Shown here: piece after piece, positions 52,301-63,700 of the stretch
Numbering within the stretch: the stretch's first letter is position 1
Layout of the letters: every line of letters begins with the position of its first letter
Assembly (NCBI RefSeq): GCF_037042905.1
Contig: NC_087245.1
Span: 26,228,001-26,292,000, forward strand
DNA length: 64,000 bases
Direction: 5' to 3'
Source: Lytechinus pictus
Lineage: Eukaryota
Program-made: the position numbers and the translations under genes
The notes under the pieces: generated by a model
Databases searched by the model: none
Seen by the model: the letters and a program-made list of their open reading frames with translations, nothing else
Told to the model about the DNA's origin: nothing

Positions 52301-55300
52301 TCATAACTTTGAAAATTTATGGATCTAGTTCATGAAACTTGGACATTAGGTTAATCAAGTACCACTGAATATCCTGTGCGAGTTTCAGGTCACATGACCA
52401 TGGTCAATGGTCATTTAAAGGAGAATGAAACTCTTGGAGCAAGTTAGCTTTTATGAAAGCAGAAAAATCAAAGAATAAGATCAACAAAAGTTTGAGTAAA
52501 ATAAGACTAGCAATAGAAGAGTTATGAGCATTTTAATGTCGAGATCACTAATGCTATGGAGATCCTCGCATTGGCAAAGCGACCAAGATCTATGATGTCA
52601 CAGATGAACAACTCTCCCCTTTTGGACACTGAAAATACACTGTATACCCCAAAACATCTCTTTTTGCTCATTCTAATCATATGACAAACGATTCATCAAT
52701 GATATAATGTTGTGAAACCTCTGTACTTGTCCTCTCATAAAGAGAACACCTCACCTTTTGATAGACTCTATAAAAGTGAGAATATAAGTGAAATAAGTAC
52801 TAAAGTAATGAGGGAGTTGTACGTGTGTGACATCACAGATCTTGGTCGCATTGCCAATGGGAGGATCTACATGGCATTAGTGATCTCGACATTCAAATGC
52901 TCATAACTTTTTTATTATTCATTCAATCTTCCTCAAACTTTCAACAATATGTTTCTTTGATTTTTCTCTTTGATATGGATTCAGCTGGTTTCAAGGGTTT
53001 CATTCTCCTTTAAGGTCAATGAACTTTGGCCGTGTGGTTTTTTTTGTGTTAAATTACCATCCTAACTTTGGAGGTTTATGGATCTAGTTCATAAAACTTG
53101 GACATAAAACTTGGGGTATAAGAGTAATCAAGTATCACTGAACATCCCCTGTGAGTTTCAGGTCACAAAACCAAGGTCAACGGTCAGTTAAGGTCAATAA
53201 ACTTAGGCCATGTTGGGGTAATTGTTGAATTGCCATCATAACTTTGAAAGTTTATGGATGAAATGTGGACATGGGTGTAGTTGACAAGTCTTAAGTCACT
53301 GTTCAAATGTCATCTATGGTCAATGAACGTGGTATTATGTCATTATATGAATGGTGTTTTTGTGAATGATTATTTTATAGTAATTTTCAAAGTTAGCACT
53401 GCTGCTATATTAAATCGCGTAATGCAGGCGAGACTGCCAGAGGCGTTCCGCTTGTTTTGTTAGGGGTGTACAGGTGTTCTGTTGGATACTGTCAAAGCAT
53501 TCAAGACTTATTGTTTCTTTTTCAATTTTACTCTTAGGAGTACCACACATTGTTCAGTGTACCATCAAGCTACCTCTGAAGCTTGTATGTAAACCCTGCC
53601 AACCTGCCAAGAATGCTACACATAAGATCACACTGGACTCTAACAAGAATTGTGCCAATCTACACGATATATTCCCAGGTAAGCACTGCATCACCAATGG
53701 TAACTTATGGTTACCAGACCAAATTACCTCTGTCTATACTCTCTTTTTTCCTCTCTCTCATTCTTTTATATTATTTTTTATTTTGGGTGGATGTCCCTTG
53801 AAGCGTACCTCTCATATTTTGATTCTTATTTTATTGTACTTTGTTTCTAAGAGATAGTTATGACTGTATTATGAGTTAAGTGTCATCAGGTTTGATTTAT
53901 GGGTTTGATATTCATAAGTCCGTATTGTTTTTTTTATCACCCTCAGATTTGATTAAAAAGTTTGATATCCATGATTGTATTGCGTGTTTTGCATCCTCAG
54001 ACTTGATTGAAGGGTTTGATAACAATGATTATATTGTGTGTATATATCATCCTCTGATTTGGAATAAAGAGTTTGATCAACATTATTGCATTTTCCTCAG
54101 CTTATGATTAAAGTGTTTGATAACCGTGGTTGTATTCTGTGTATAAAACAAATTGTCCTAAGATTTGATTAAAGATTTGATAATAATGATAGTATTGTGT
54201 GTGTATTGTCCTCAGGTTAAGAATCAAAGGTTTGATCAACATGATTGTATTGTATGTTGATTGTCCTCAGATTTAACAGGACCAGAAGGAATGGGATCAG
54301 GTAATGCTCTTGGTTTACAGATATTTGGAGGTCCCAGAGTTACCATCCTAGCTTCTAAATCATCACGTAAGTCAGTCATTTTGTTTGTACCTGAATAGTG
54401 AATATTTTTTTATACAGTTGATTCTTTGTGAGAAATGATTTTTAAATCTCTTGACATCAAACATACACCCCTTCTCAAATAGCAGATAGTCTTTGTTTCC
54501 ACTGACTAATTTGTTCTGAGCCAATCAGATGAAAGGATTTCAGTAGCTTATAACAGTTGTCTGTGAAAATCTCTTATAATAATCAGTAGGTACTTACAAC
54601 CCTGGAGCCCGTTTCATAAAGATTTACAACTGTTGTTACTTTGCCATTATGGCAACTACCATGGTAACAGGGCTCGGCACCGAATCAAAATCAAGGTTAC
54701 CATGGTAATTGCCATAATGGCAAAGTTGTAACTCTTTTTTTTATTTGGGGGGAGGGGGTCTGCCTTTCACATTATCTGGCTATTTCAGGTCATTTCAGAA
54801 GGAGATGGGTTCTTCGCAAACCAGGAAAAAGATTGTTATAAATTTTGGGGAGCTATATTGTAATGCATAGTTTACGTTGAATCCCTGGGAATATCAGGGG
54901 CTCTTTTCTATTTAGTTTTCCAAGTCTCTAAATAGACATTTCAGGGGTGAATTTGCCTCAAGCACCTGTGTGTTCCCCCCCTCCCCCTTTGCAAACAGCA
55001 TTTTTAATACAGCAGCATCTCTCAATGTCAGATTTTGAAGAACAACACTTGACATTAAAGAATCCTTTCTTGTATCTGCTTTCTTTTTCCAGAGAGGTAT
55101 CGACTGCAGTGTGACATCTTTGAAGCAATGTGGCCTGTGGTCAACGAGTTCATTGAACGTGTCAGAATATATCATGTGAATACTGGGGTCAAGGATTTCA
55201 AGCTCTCTTTCTCATCAAATCTTATGATGCAGGAATATTTTGAGCTTATTGATACACACATGGAGGTAAGGATCATATCTTAGGCACAAGAGATTAAATC

Positions 55301-58300
55301 CCTCTTGTGTGCGAACGGGCTCTGAATGGGTTCTGAACGGGGATTAAAAGAGTCGACAATAGACCCCGTTCGTTCAAGTTCATTCACGTTCAGAATCCTA
55401 CTGAAGGATTGAGCTGAGAAGAGTACTGATTTTCATTGTCTTCTCGCACAAAAGGGGGTGTCACTGTACGGCAAAGCGAACGGTCGGATTATTAATGAAT
55501 GAATACATGCGAACGTTGGGATTAATTCAAGCCTTGATAGAGATTTCTTACTACAACGCTGGGCATTTCCCGAATAAAAAGGGATGATCAAACTTTGAGC
55601 GCTTCTTAAGTTGGACGAACAAACACGCGGCCTTGTATTTATTCATTGATATTGAAAGTTTATTATCAACCTTCCCCTTTTTAATTTCGCCGGGCGTATT
55701 GTTCATTTATAACCATTTTGACATTCAATACAGATCGTTTGTCAAGAATTTTAAGACATTTCCCGTGTATGAAGGAATGTCCAAACTTTGCGCTTTTTTA
55801 TTTTGACGACGATATTTTTTTATTTATATTGAAAGTTAATCATTAGACATTCGTTACAAATCGTCTAACAATAATTTTAAGACATTTCTCGAATTGGAAG
55901 AGATGTCCAAACTTTGCGCTTTTTATTTTTGACGAACGTATTTCATTTAATTTAAAGTTGATAGACAACTTAACGATGTCGATGCTATCTCTCCGACACC
56001 AGGTCCGGCGCAAAATTGACATTTTTCTTCCCGTGGTCATCCTTTATTTCATACCCTGACATCGGTTACGTGATCATAAAATAGGTTCTGACGTCAGACA
56101 ACTTAACGATGTCAACGCTATCTCTCCGACATCAGATCAGGCGCGGAGGTCGTCCGCTAGTTTATCCTTGACATTTTTCTTCCCGTGGTCATCCTTTCTT
56201 TCATACCCTGACATCGGTTACGTGATCAAAAAATAGGTTCTGACGTCAGACAACTTAACGATGTCAACGCTATCTCTCTGACATCGGATCAGGCGCGGAG
56301 GTCGTCCGCTAGTTTATCCTTGACATTTCTCTTTCCGTGGTCATCCTTTATTTCATATCCTGACATCGTTTACATGATGATAAAATAGGTTCAGACGTCA
56401 GACAACTTAACGATTTCAAAGCTATCTCTCCGACATCAGATCAGGCGCGGAGGTCGTCCGCTAGTTTATCCTTGACATTTTTCTTTCCGTTGTCATCCTT
56501 TATTTCATATCCTGACATCGTTTACATGATGATAAAATAGGTTCAGACGTCAGACAACTTAACGATGCCGGTGCTATCTCTCGGACACCAGGTCCGGCGC
56601 AAAATTGACATTTTTCTTCCTGTGGTCATCCTTTATTTCATAACCTGACATCGGTTACGTGATCATAAAATAGGTTCTGACGTCAGAGAACTTCACGATG
56701 TTGGCGCTATCTCTACGACATCGGATCAGGCGCGGAGGTCGTCCGCTAGTTTATCCTTGACATTTTTCTTCTCGTGGTCATCCTTTATTTCATACCCTGA
56801 CATCGTTTACATGATCATAAAATAGGTTATGACGCAGAGAGCTTGACGATTTAGGGGAAGGGGGGGGGTTTGCTTTGAGGCCGATATTCTATACTTCAGT
56901 TTTAAAACTTTATTTCATATCGAGAAGCATCAAGAAGAAGAGATATGTGTATATTGTGGGAGGATAGATAGTAAATCGCGCAATTATATCAATCTGATTA
57001 TTCCCTCCTTTAATTATTCAGAATTACGCTCATTGACAATCATCTTTTAATTTAATATCCTAGCACAGTTAAACCTTCATTTTTTATGCCGTGTCGGATC
57101 GAGAAAAGGCGAGAATCATATTTGGTTGGAAGATAATGATTTTAATTCACAATGCAAATTGCATAATAAGCTCTGATGTCTTTTAAACATATAAGCCTCC
57201 GATGTCGGAGTAAGAATTTATCAATACAGCAATGTCGAATTTTAGGGGGTTTGGGGAAAATGGTTTCATTCAATATCGATCAAAATTACGAAAATCACAA
57301 GCAAAACAAAAATTGGTCACAATGATATGCCTATATATAAATGAGTGATCATCACTCCTACTCCCTCGTTATTTTCATGACCGTATACTTTATCATTATT
57401 GTGATTCATCATGCTCAAATATATTCGACCCCCCCCCCCCCCCTCTGGATTAGAAGCTCTGTTAATATTAAACAGTTCTGACCCGAATCCGCGTCAAAAG
57501 GGATTTACGTTCGCTCAAACAATAACATACACTTTGATGTCATTCATACCTTAAGAATCACTCCGGGGGTTAATCCCCGGCCGCGGCACCTATGCCCGTC
57601 AGCAAGGCATTTAATCCGCAGCGTTCTTTTATCCTGCATTCAAATAAAGGGTGAATCACCTTTAAAAGTATGGTATTGTTCAAGTTTTTAAGTGTCAGGA
57701 ATTTGAAAGAGCAAAGTTTGCTGCAAGATTAAACGTACATTATTATCGTTTAGTAGAAGTTATTTTGCGACATTTATCGAGTCAGAAGGGATGTCTAAAC
57801 TTTGATGCTACCCGATATGAAATAAATGTTTAAAACTGAGGTATACTGTAGAAAACAACCTCAAAGCCCCCCCCCCCCCTCATCTCTCTCGCTCTTTTTC
57901 TCTCCATCCATAGACCCCACCTCTCCCTCCCTCTCTCAAACTCCTAACTCTATTGGTGCCCAAATTTTTCTTATCACAGTTCAATATTTATAAACATTGC
58001 AGAAAACATGTGGTTTCATCGTGGAAAAAGGTCAATCTCTCAGTTCATGTCAATCAAATCCAGTTGTGGATTGCGCAATAGAAAACAATGGTGTTGCAAT
58101 CATTGAGCCTCGGTGTGCTCTGTGTGAGAATAAATAATTTCGAAAGGTATAGGTTAAAAATCGTTAGAAGTATCAAATAACAATTTAAAACCTTTTTAGG
58201 TCAATATTCGTTTCATGGCGGAGCGGATAAAAATGAAGCAAATATTTGATGTTATTGGAAGATATAATTACTAAAGGTGAACCCGGAAGGTGAATTATAT

Positions 58301-60634
58301 TGATATGATTATGTCCATCTCGAAATTCTACAAAATTATGCTCATTGACGATCATCTTTGAGTTTAGTATTCTAAACTGAAATCAAATAAAGGGATGAGT
58401 TTGAGAATAGTAGGAAAGTCAATAGATGGAGAGATAGAACGAGAGAAAGATATATATGGAGAGGGGGGGGGGGAGATAGCGACTTTTGCGCCTGATGTTG
58501 TAGAGATATAGCCGACATCGTTAAGTTTTCTGACATCAGAACCTATTAAACGATCATGTAAATAATGTCAGAATATGAAATAAATAATGACCACGAGAAG
58601 AAAAATGTCAAGGATGAACTAGCAGACGACCTCTGCGCCTGATCCGATGTCGTAGAGATAGCGCCAACATCGTGAAGTTATCTGACGTCAGAACATATCT
58701 AACGATCATGTAAACGATGTTAGGGTGTGAAATAAATGATTACCACGGGAAAAAATGTCAAGGATAGAATAGCGGACGACCTCCGCGCCTGATCCGATGT
58801 CGTAGAGATAGCGTCAACATCGTGAAGTTTTCTGACGTCAAAATCTATTTCATGATCGTGTAAACGATGTTAGGGTGTGAAATAAATGATTACCACGGGG
58901 AAAAAATGTCAAGGATAAAATAGCGGACGACCTCCGCGCCCAACCTGATGTTGGAGAGATAGCGTTGGCGATCGTTAAGTTATCTGACGTCAGAACTTGT
59001 TTATGATCATGTAAACGATGCCAGGGTGTGAAATAAAGGATGACCACGGGAAGAAAAATGTCAAGGACAAAATAGTGGACGACCTCCGCGCCTTATCTGA
59101 TGTCGTAGAGATATAGCCGACATCGTTAAGTTTTCTGACGTCAGAACCTATTAAACGATCATGTAAATAATGTCAGAGTATGAAATAAATAATGACCACG
59201 AGAAGAAAAATGTCAAGGATGAACTAGCAGACGGCCTCCGCGCCTGATCCGATGTCGTAGAGATAGCGCCAACATCGTGAAGTTTTCTGACGTCAAAATC
59301 TATTTTATGATCATGTAAACGATGTTAGGGTGTGAAATAAATGATTACCACGGGAAAAAATGTCAAGGATAGAATAGCGGACGACCTCCGCGCCTGATCC
59401 GATGTCGTAGAGATAGCGTCAACATCGTGAAGTTTTCTGACGTCAAAATCTATTTCATGATCGTGTAAACGATGTTAGGGTGTGAAATAAATGATTACCA
59501 CGGGGAAAAAATGTCAAGGATAAAATAGCGGACGACCTCCGCGCCCAACCTGATGTTGGAGAGATAGCGTTGGCGATCGTTAAGTTATCTGACGTCAGAA
59601 CTTGTTTATGATCATGTAAACGATGCCAGGGTGTGAAATAAAGGATGACCACGGGAAGAAAAATGTCAAGGACAAAATAGCTAGTGGACGACCTCCGCGC
59701 CTTATCTGATGTCGTAGAGATATAGCCGACATCGTTAAGTTTTCTGACGTCAGAACCTATTAAACGATCATGTAAATAATGTCAGAGTATGAAATAAATA
59801 ATGACCACGAGAAGAAAAATGTCAAGGATGAACTAGCAGACGGCCTCCGCGCCTGATCCGATGTCGTAGAGATAGCGCCAACATCGTGAAGTTTTCTGAC
59901 GTCAAAATCTATTTTATGATCATGTAAACGATGTTAGGGTGTGAAATAAATGATTACCACGGGAAAAAATGTCAAGGATAGAATAGCGGACGACCTCCGC
60001 GCCTGATCCGATGTCGTAGAGATAGCGCCAACATCGTGAAGTTATCTGACGTCAGAACATATTTAACGATCATGTAAACGATGTTAGGGTGAGAAATAAA
60101 TGATTACCACGGGAAAAAATGTCAAGGATAGAATAGCGGACGACCTCCGCGCCTGATCCGATGTCGTAGAGATAGCGTCAACATCGTGAAGTTTTCTGAC
60201 GTCAAAATCTATTTCATGATCGTGTAAACGATGTTAGGGTGTGAAATAAATGATTACCACGGGGAAAAAATGTCAAGGATAAAATAGCGGACGACCTCCG
60301 CGCCCAACCTGATGTTGGAGAGATAGTGTTGGCGATCGTTAAGTTATTTGACGTCAGAACTTGTTTATGATCATGTAAAGGATGTCAGGGTATGAAATAA
60401 AGGATGACCACGGGAAGAAAAATGTAAAGGATAAACTTGCGGACGACTTCCGCGCTTGATCTGATGTCGAAGAGATAGCGCCGACATCGTTAAGTTCTCT
60501 GACGATTAACGAAATACGTTCGTCAAAATTAAAAAGCGCAAAGTTTGAACATCCCTTCTGACTCCAGAAATGTCTTAAAATTGTTAGACGATTTGTAACG
60601 AATCTCTAATTTATTGACTTTCAATATAAATGAA

Positions 60635-60674
<40 letters not shown>

Positions 60675-63600
60675 TCATCCGTCAAAATTAAAAAGCGCAA
60701 AGTTTGGACATCCCTTCACACACGGGAAATTTCTTATCATGAGCGCAAAACATCTGTACTTGATCACCTTTTAATATAAATGAAGAAATACGTCCTTCAG
60801 AATTAAAATGCGGGAAGTTTTGACTCAGGATATTTCTGAAAATGATCGCCAAACGATCTGCATCGAGTGTCAATTCCATACATTGGCAAACTTTTTTTTT
60901 TTTTTTTTTTTTTTTTTGTCACTTTTATCACTTGGGGAAAATCCCCCTGGACCCGGCTGTAGCTGTTTCTAGCTGAGCAGAACTATTCTACGTTCTGAAC
61001 GGAGTACTTAAGCGCTTTCTATTGACTTCTTTGTTAACAATAATCCTTGCGTTCGGGTGTATGCAGGGGGCTTTACAAACGCATTCGTGATGGGGATTAG
61101 CAAGACAATAGAGCATACCGAACGCGCACGAACTTAAGTGATATTAAATCTCTTGTGCCTTAATCAAACTGTTTGTTAGGATAGTACAGACAAGCTCTTT
61201 AGAATGCTCTATAAATGATAAGTAAGCATGACTAATCAAACTTACACACCTGGGGGCCGTTTCATAAAGCTGTTCATAAGTTAAGAGCGACTTTAAGAAC
61301 GACTGGTGATCCTTTATTGTGGTAAATGGTATATTCATTGGCGATGGTTACGCGCGTAAGAAAGGTTCACCAGTCGTTCTTAAAGTCGCTCTTAACTTAC
61401 GAACAGCTTTATGAAACACCCACCTGGTGGGTGTTTCATAAAGCTGTTCGTAAAGTTACACATAACTTTACATACGACTGGAACATGATCTTAGATGCTA
61501 AGTGAGCTACATAGGGTAATATCATTTAGCACAAGAAAGGGTCACCAGTCATGCGTAAAGTCATTTGTAACTTTACGAACAGCTTTGTAAAACACCCACC
61601 AGGTAGTAGTTTTCAGCAGGCCTTGAATTTTGACATTTTAGAATAAGGGTACATCTTTATATTAACCAATCATGTGGAATGTTTATAAATCAAAATGAAT
61701 GAATTAATCTTCAATTGGTTTTAATTCAGACTATAACTACACGTTCCGTTGCGATACCATTTTCAAAGAAATTGTAGTAGCATTTGATTTGAACATTCCA
61801 ACTTCTAAAATCTTAATGATCAAAGTTTTGAATAGTGGTATGAATACTAAAATCAATACCAGTCTAATTCAAGTTTCCCTTTAGAGATAAATGCAAATCA
61901 AATTCCAATTTGTAATGATGTTATCATCTGTTGCGACTTTAAGCCAACTGCGACTTTACTGCAACCACAATGCTTGCAGCAAAGCTTAATTCTGATTTTA
62001 GTAATGTGAACTTTTACACTGAACTTCAAAGAAAATAATTTCACTTCATAGTTAATGCGAAATGTGATTAGATGAAAAATTATGCCTTAGTTTGATTATG
62101 TGGTATAAGATGGGCGTAAGTGATGTATTTTTTAAACAAGTTTCATTTTAGAATACACACTATTCTTTGATTTAGTTGAGGGTTCACGCAGAGAGATACA
62201 AGGAGCTTCTAGACCAGAGAGCTAAACAATTCCGAGCCATCCAGAGGAGACTTCTGACCAGGTTTAAGGATAAGACCCCATCACCTCTCAATAATCTTGA
62301 TACATTATTGGAAGGAACCTATAGACAGGTGAACAAATAGTCCTCATTCAACTTTATCTTAGTTCCTCAGTCATAGATTGTATGATTACTAAAGTAAACA
62401 TACTAGAAAGTAACTCTTGGTTTATCAACACTTCACTATTCTAGAGGCCTGAAAATATCTATTGTTGTGGAGAGGGAAAACAAAATGTCTCATGAATCAA
62501 ATTACTATTAAACTTTTAAATTCTGTTTTTGAAAGTAACATCTACCTCCCTGTGGGTATCATGTATGCACCATGAGTGAAAATAGGAATGCTCCCATAGG
62601 ACAATCCGATATCATGACTGCTCCCTTCAGCTACAAGAACCTAAAGACAAGCTATTTATATAAATAGATGAATAAATGAGATACAATGATGATAACATTG
62701 TAGGAAAAGAAAATGAGTAAATTGATAAAAAGTAAATAAATAACAAATATGTAAGTAAAAAATAAAACTAAAACAATAAGAAAGTAGCAAATAAACAAAA
62801 GATGAATAATAATTGAATAAAGATAAGAAACAAAATAATACATTAAAAATTACCAAATTAACTGGTTTGAATAGAAGTGAAAATAAAAAATGCTTTATGT
62901 CCTTATCAGAGAATATGATTTTCAATACATGGTTTCCTTTTTCCTACGTAGATATTGAAATTAGCTGAAGGCGTGGATGAAAATCAAAAGGCTCTAGTTC
63001 GCTGCTCCATGGGTCTGAGCTGTGCCACTAGTATAATTACCACTCTTCTTGCTCTTGCTCATGGGTTCAGCGAATCAGAGAAAGAGATCTTGGATGCTAG
63101 TCTGTCTTCACAAGTACAGTGTGAAGGGGATCAGGTAAGTAGAGAGTGCAGTTGTCATAATGGTGATGATGATGAAAAAAGAGAACTTGATAAAACAGGG
63201 GTTAGTACTGATATCATTTTAAATGAACTTGACCTAAGGTTAAGATTTCAAAGTTTCAAGATAGCGTTGTAATTATAAGTCTATTTTTTTAATCTTGGAT
63301 GTAATGATGAGTTTGATTATGATATCATAATCAGGTAACTGGGTCAAAGGTAATTTCAGGTCAGTTAATTTTGATAAGAACTGGTATTTTTTTATGATTT
63401 AAAAAATAGCCACAAAAGACAGGTTTTTGCTATACACAGGTGGTCGCAAAGACAGATTTGACTGTATATATATTTTTTTCCTATAATTCTTTTATTTACA
63501 AAAGGGTTGGGAGGAAACGGTAGATGCATCCATCATCAATCTTCTGAAAACCTGCTTGGCTAAATCAGCCAAAGACCAAGCGATTAATCCAGCCCCACTG

Positions 63601-63700
63601 ACCTTGACACCGGATACAACCAAGCTCAAGAAACATATCATGCAGGTCACAGAGAAACTTGCAAAAGGTTCCCGGCTCCATGTCGAAGGACAGGCACAGG
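40367..63700 (+). CDS. BBS9: Bardet-Biedl syndrome 9 / PTHB1 (BBSome subunit); 19 coding exons in the window, 3' end beyond it
   Basis: Exons: 40367-40478, 40783-40930, 41939-42003, 44051-44164, 44766-45019, 45768-45855, 47138-47233, 47982-48111, 48586-48767, 49354-49430, 49744-49800, 50462-50564, 51010-51117, 53538-53678, 54271-54366, 55093-55265, 62176-62328, 62952-63134, 63505-63700. All introns are GT-AG and phases chain without frameshift (2476 nt). Diagnostic peptides: MSLFKARDWW, VLHPRKL, LCVQSMDG, FLLPGP, CSYLGTDPSLF, QFRAIQRRLLTRFKDKTP, GWEETVDA. Confidence 0.96.
41212..41276 (+). mobile_element. Degraded SINE tRNA-like head
   Basis: AAACAGAGGGTCGTGGATTCGAATCCCAGC closely matches the head of the 17194-17492 SINE. 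Confidence 0.6.
42153..43498 (+). mobile_element. Helentron-associated (HINE/DINE/pearl-like) element, copy 1
   Basis: T-rich flanks, sub-TIR GTCTCGCCTGC...GCAGGCGAGAC, (GGC)n microsatellite, 6-7 core repeats of about 163 bp, and a 3' end CACTTGTT. Confidence 0.82.
46433..46690 (+). mobile_element. tRNA-derived SINE (MetaSINE-like core)
   Basis: A box TGGCTCGGTTGG and B box AGTTCAAGCTCC, followed by GTCAGATCGAAAGACGTTAAAA...TTGCTGCTACCCTG. Confidence 0.65.
47405..47815 (+). mobile_element. Second HINE-like family, degraded
   Basis: (GTCC/GTCT)n microsatellite, AAGGTCAAAGGTCA core, and a 3' GCGTATTATG...ACTCTTGTT end. Confidence 0.55.
51843..53456 (+). mobile_element. HINE-like element, copy 2, interrupted by a Kolobok-like insertion
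   Basis: Near-identical to 42153-43498 at both ends, with fewer core repeats. Confidence 0.85.
52419..53009. mobile_element. Kolobok-like element, copy 2 (inverted relative to 144-726)
   Basis: Perfect TTAA TSD at 52415-52418 and 53010-53013. The empty site GGTCATTTAAGGTCAATG is present in HINE copy 1 near 42900. Confidence 0.92.
53860..54270 (+). repeat. Degenerate roughly 55-bp minisatellite ending in a BBS9 splice acceptor
   Basis: About 8 units of TCCTCAG-ATTTGATTAAAG.GTTTGAT...ATGATTGTATTG. Confidence 0.8.
54605..54735. mobile_element. Palindromic Harbinger-like MITE, right end truncated
   Basis: CTG|GAGCCCGTTTCATAAAG terminus shared with the 61253 family. Hairpin ACTTTGCCATTATGGCAACTACCATGGTAAC / GTTACCATGGTAATTGCCATAATGGCAAAGT. 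Confidence 0.65.
55963..56850 (+). repeat. Left satellite array, about 6 units of 152/133 bp
   Basis: GACGTCA-type anchor at 56089, 56241, 56393, 56545, 56678 and 56830. Confidence 0.9.
58485..60505 (-). repeat. Right satellite array (inverted), about 14 units of 150-155 bp with a 605-bp higher-order repeat
   Basis: Anchors at 58531, 58683, 58833, 58985, 59136, 59288, 59438, 59590, 59745, 59897, 60047, 60197, 60349 and 60500. Identical ORF translations lie 605 bp apart. Confidence 0.92.
61253..61599. mobile_element. Two abutting palindromic Harbinger-like MITEs (61253-61423 and 61427-61599) with CWG TSDs
   Basis: CTG|element 1|CTG|element 2|CAG. Shared TIR GTTTCATAAAGCTGTTC.TAA with different internal stems. 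Confidence 0.8.

Larger units (their letters stand above)
55283..61159. mobile_element. 5.9-kb non-autonomous PIF/Harbinger-like transposon in a BBS9 intron
   Basis: TTA|GGCACAAGAGATT...AATCTCTTGTGCC|TTA (3-bp TWA TSD). Further inverted subterminal blocks at about 55750-55940 and 60505-60730. No transposase ORF seen. Confidence 0.88.

Noticed and set aside
56850..58480. Transposase or Myb-like gene in the centre of the Harbinger-like element
   Set aside because: No ORF of 60 aa or more and no recognisable motif; only degenerate internal repeats and a possible SINE scrap at about 57560-57660.
58485..60505. CRISPR-like array
   Set aside because: Whole monomers repeat with no unique spacers, the context is a eukaryotic intron, and there are no cas genes.
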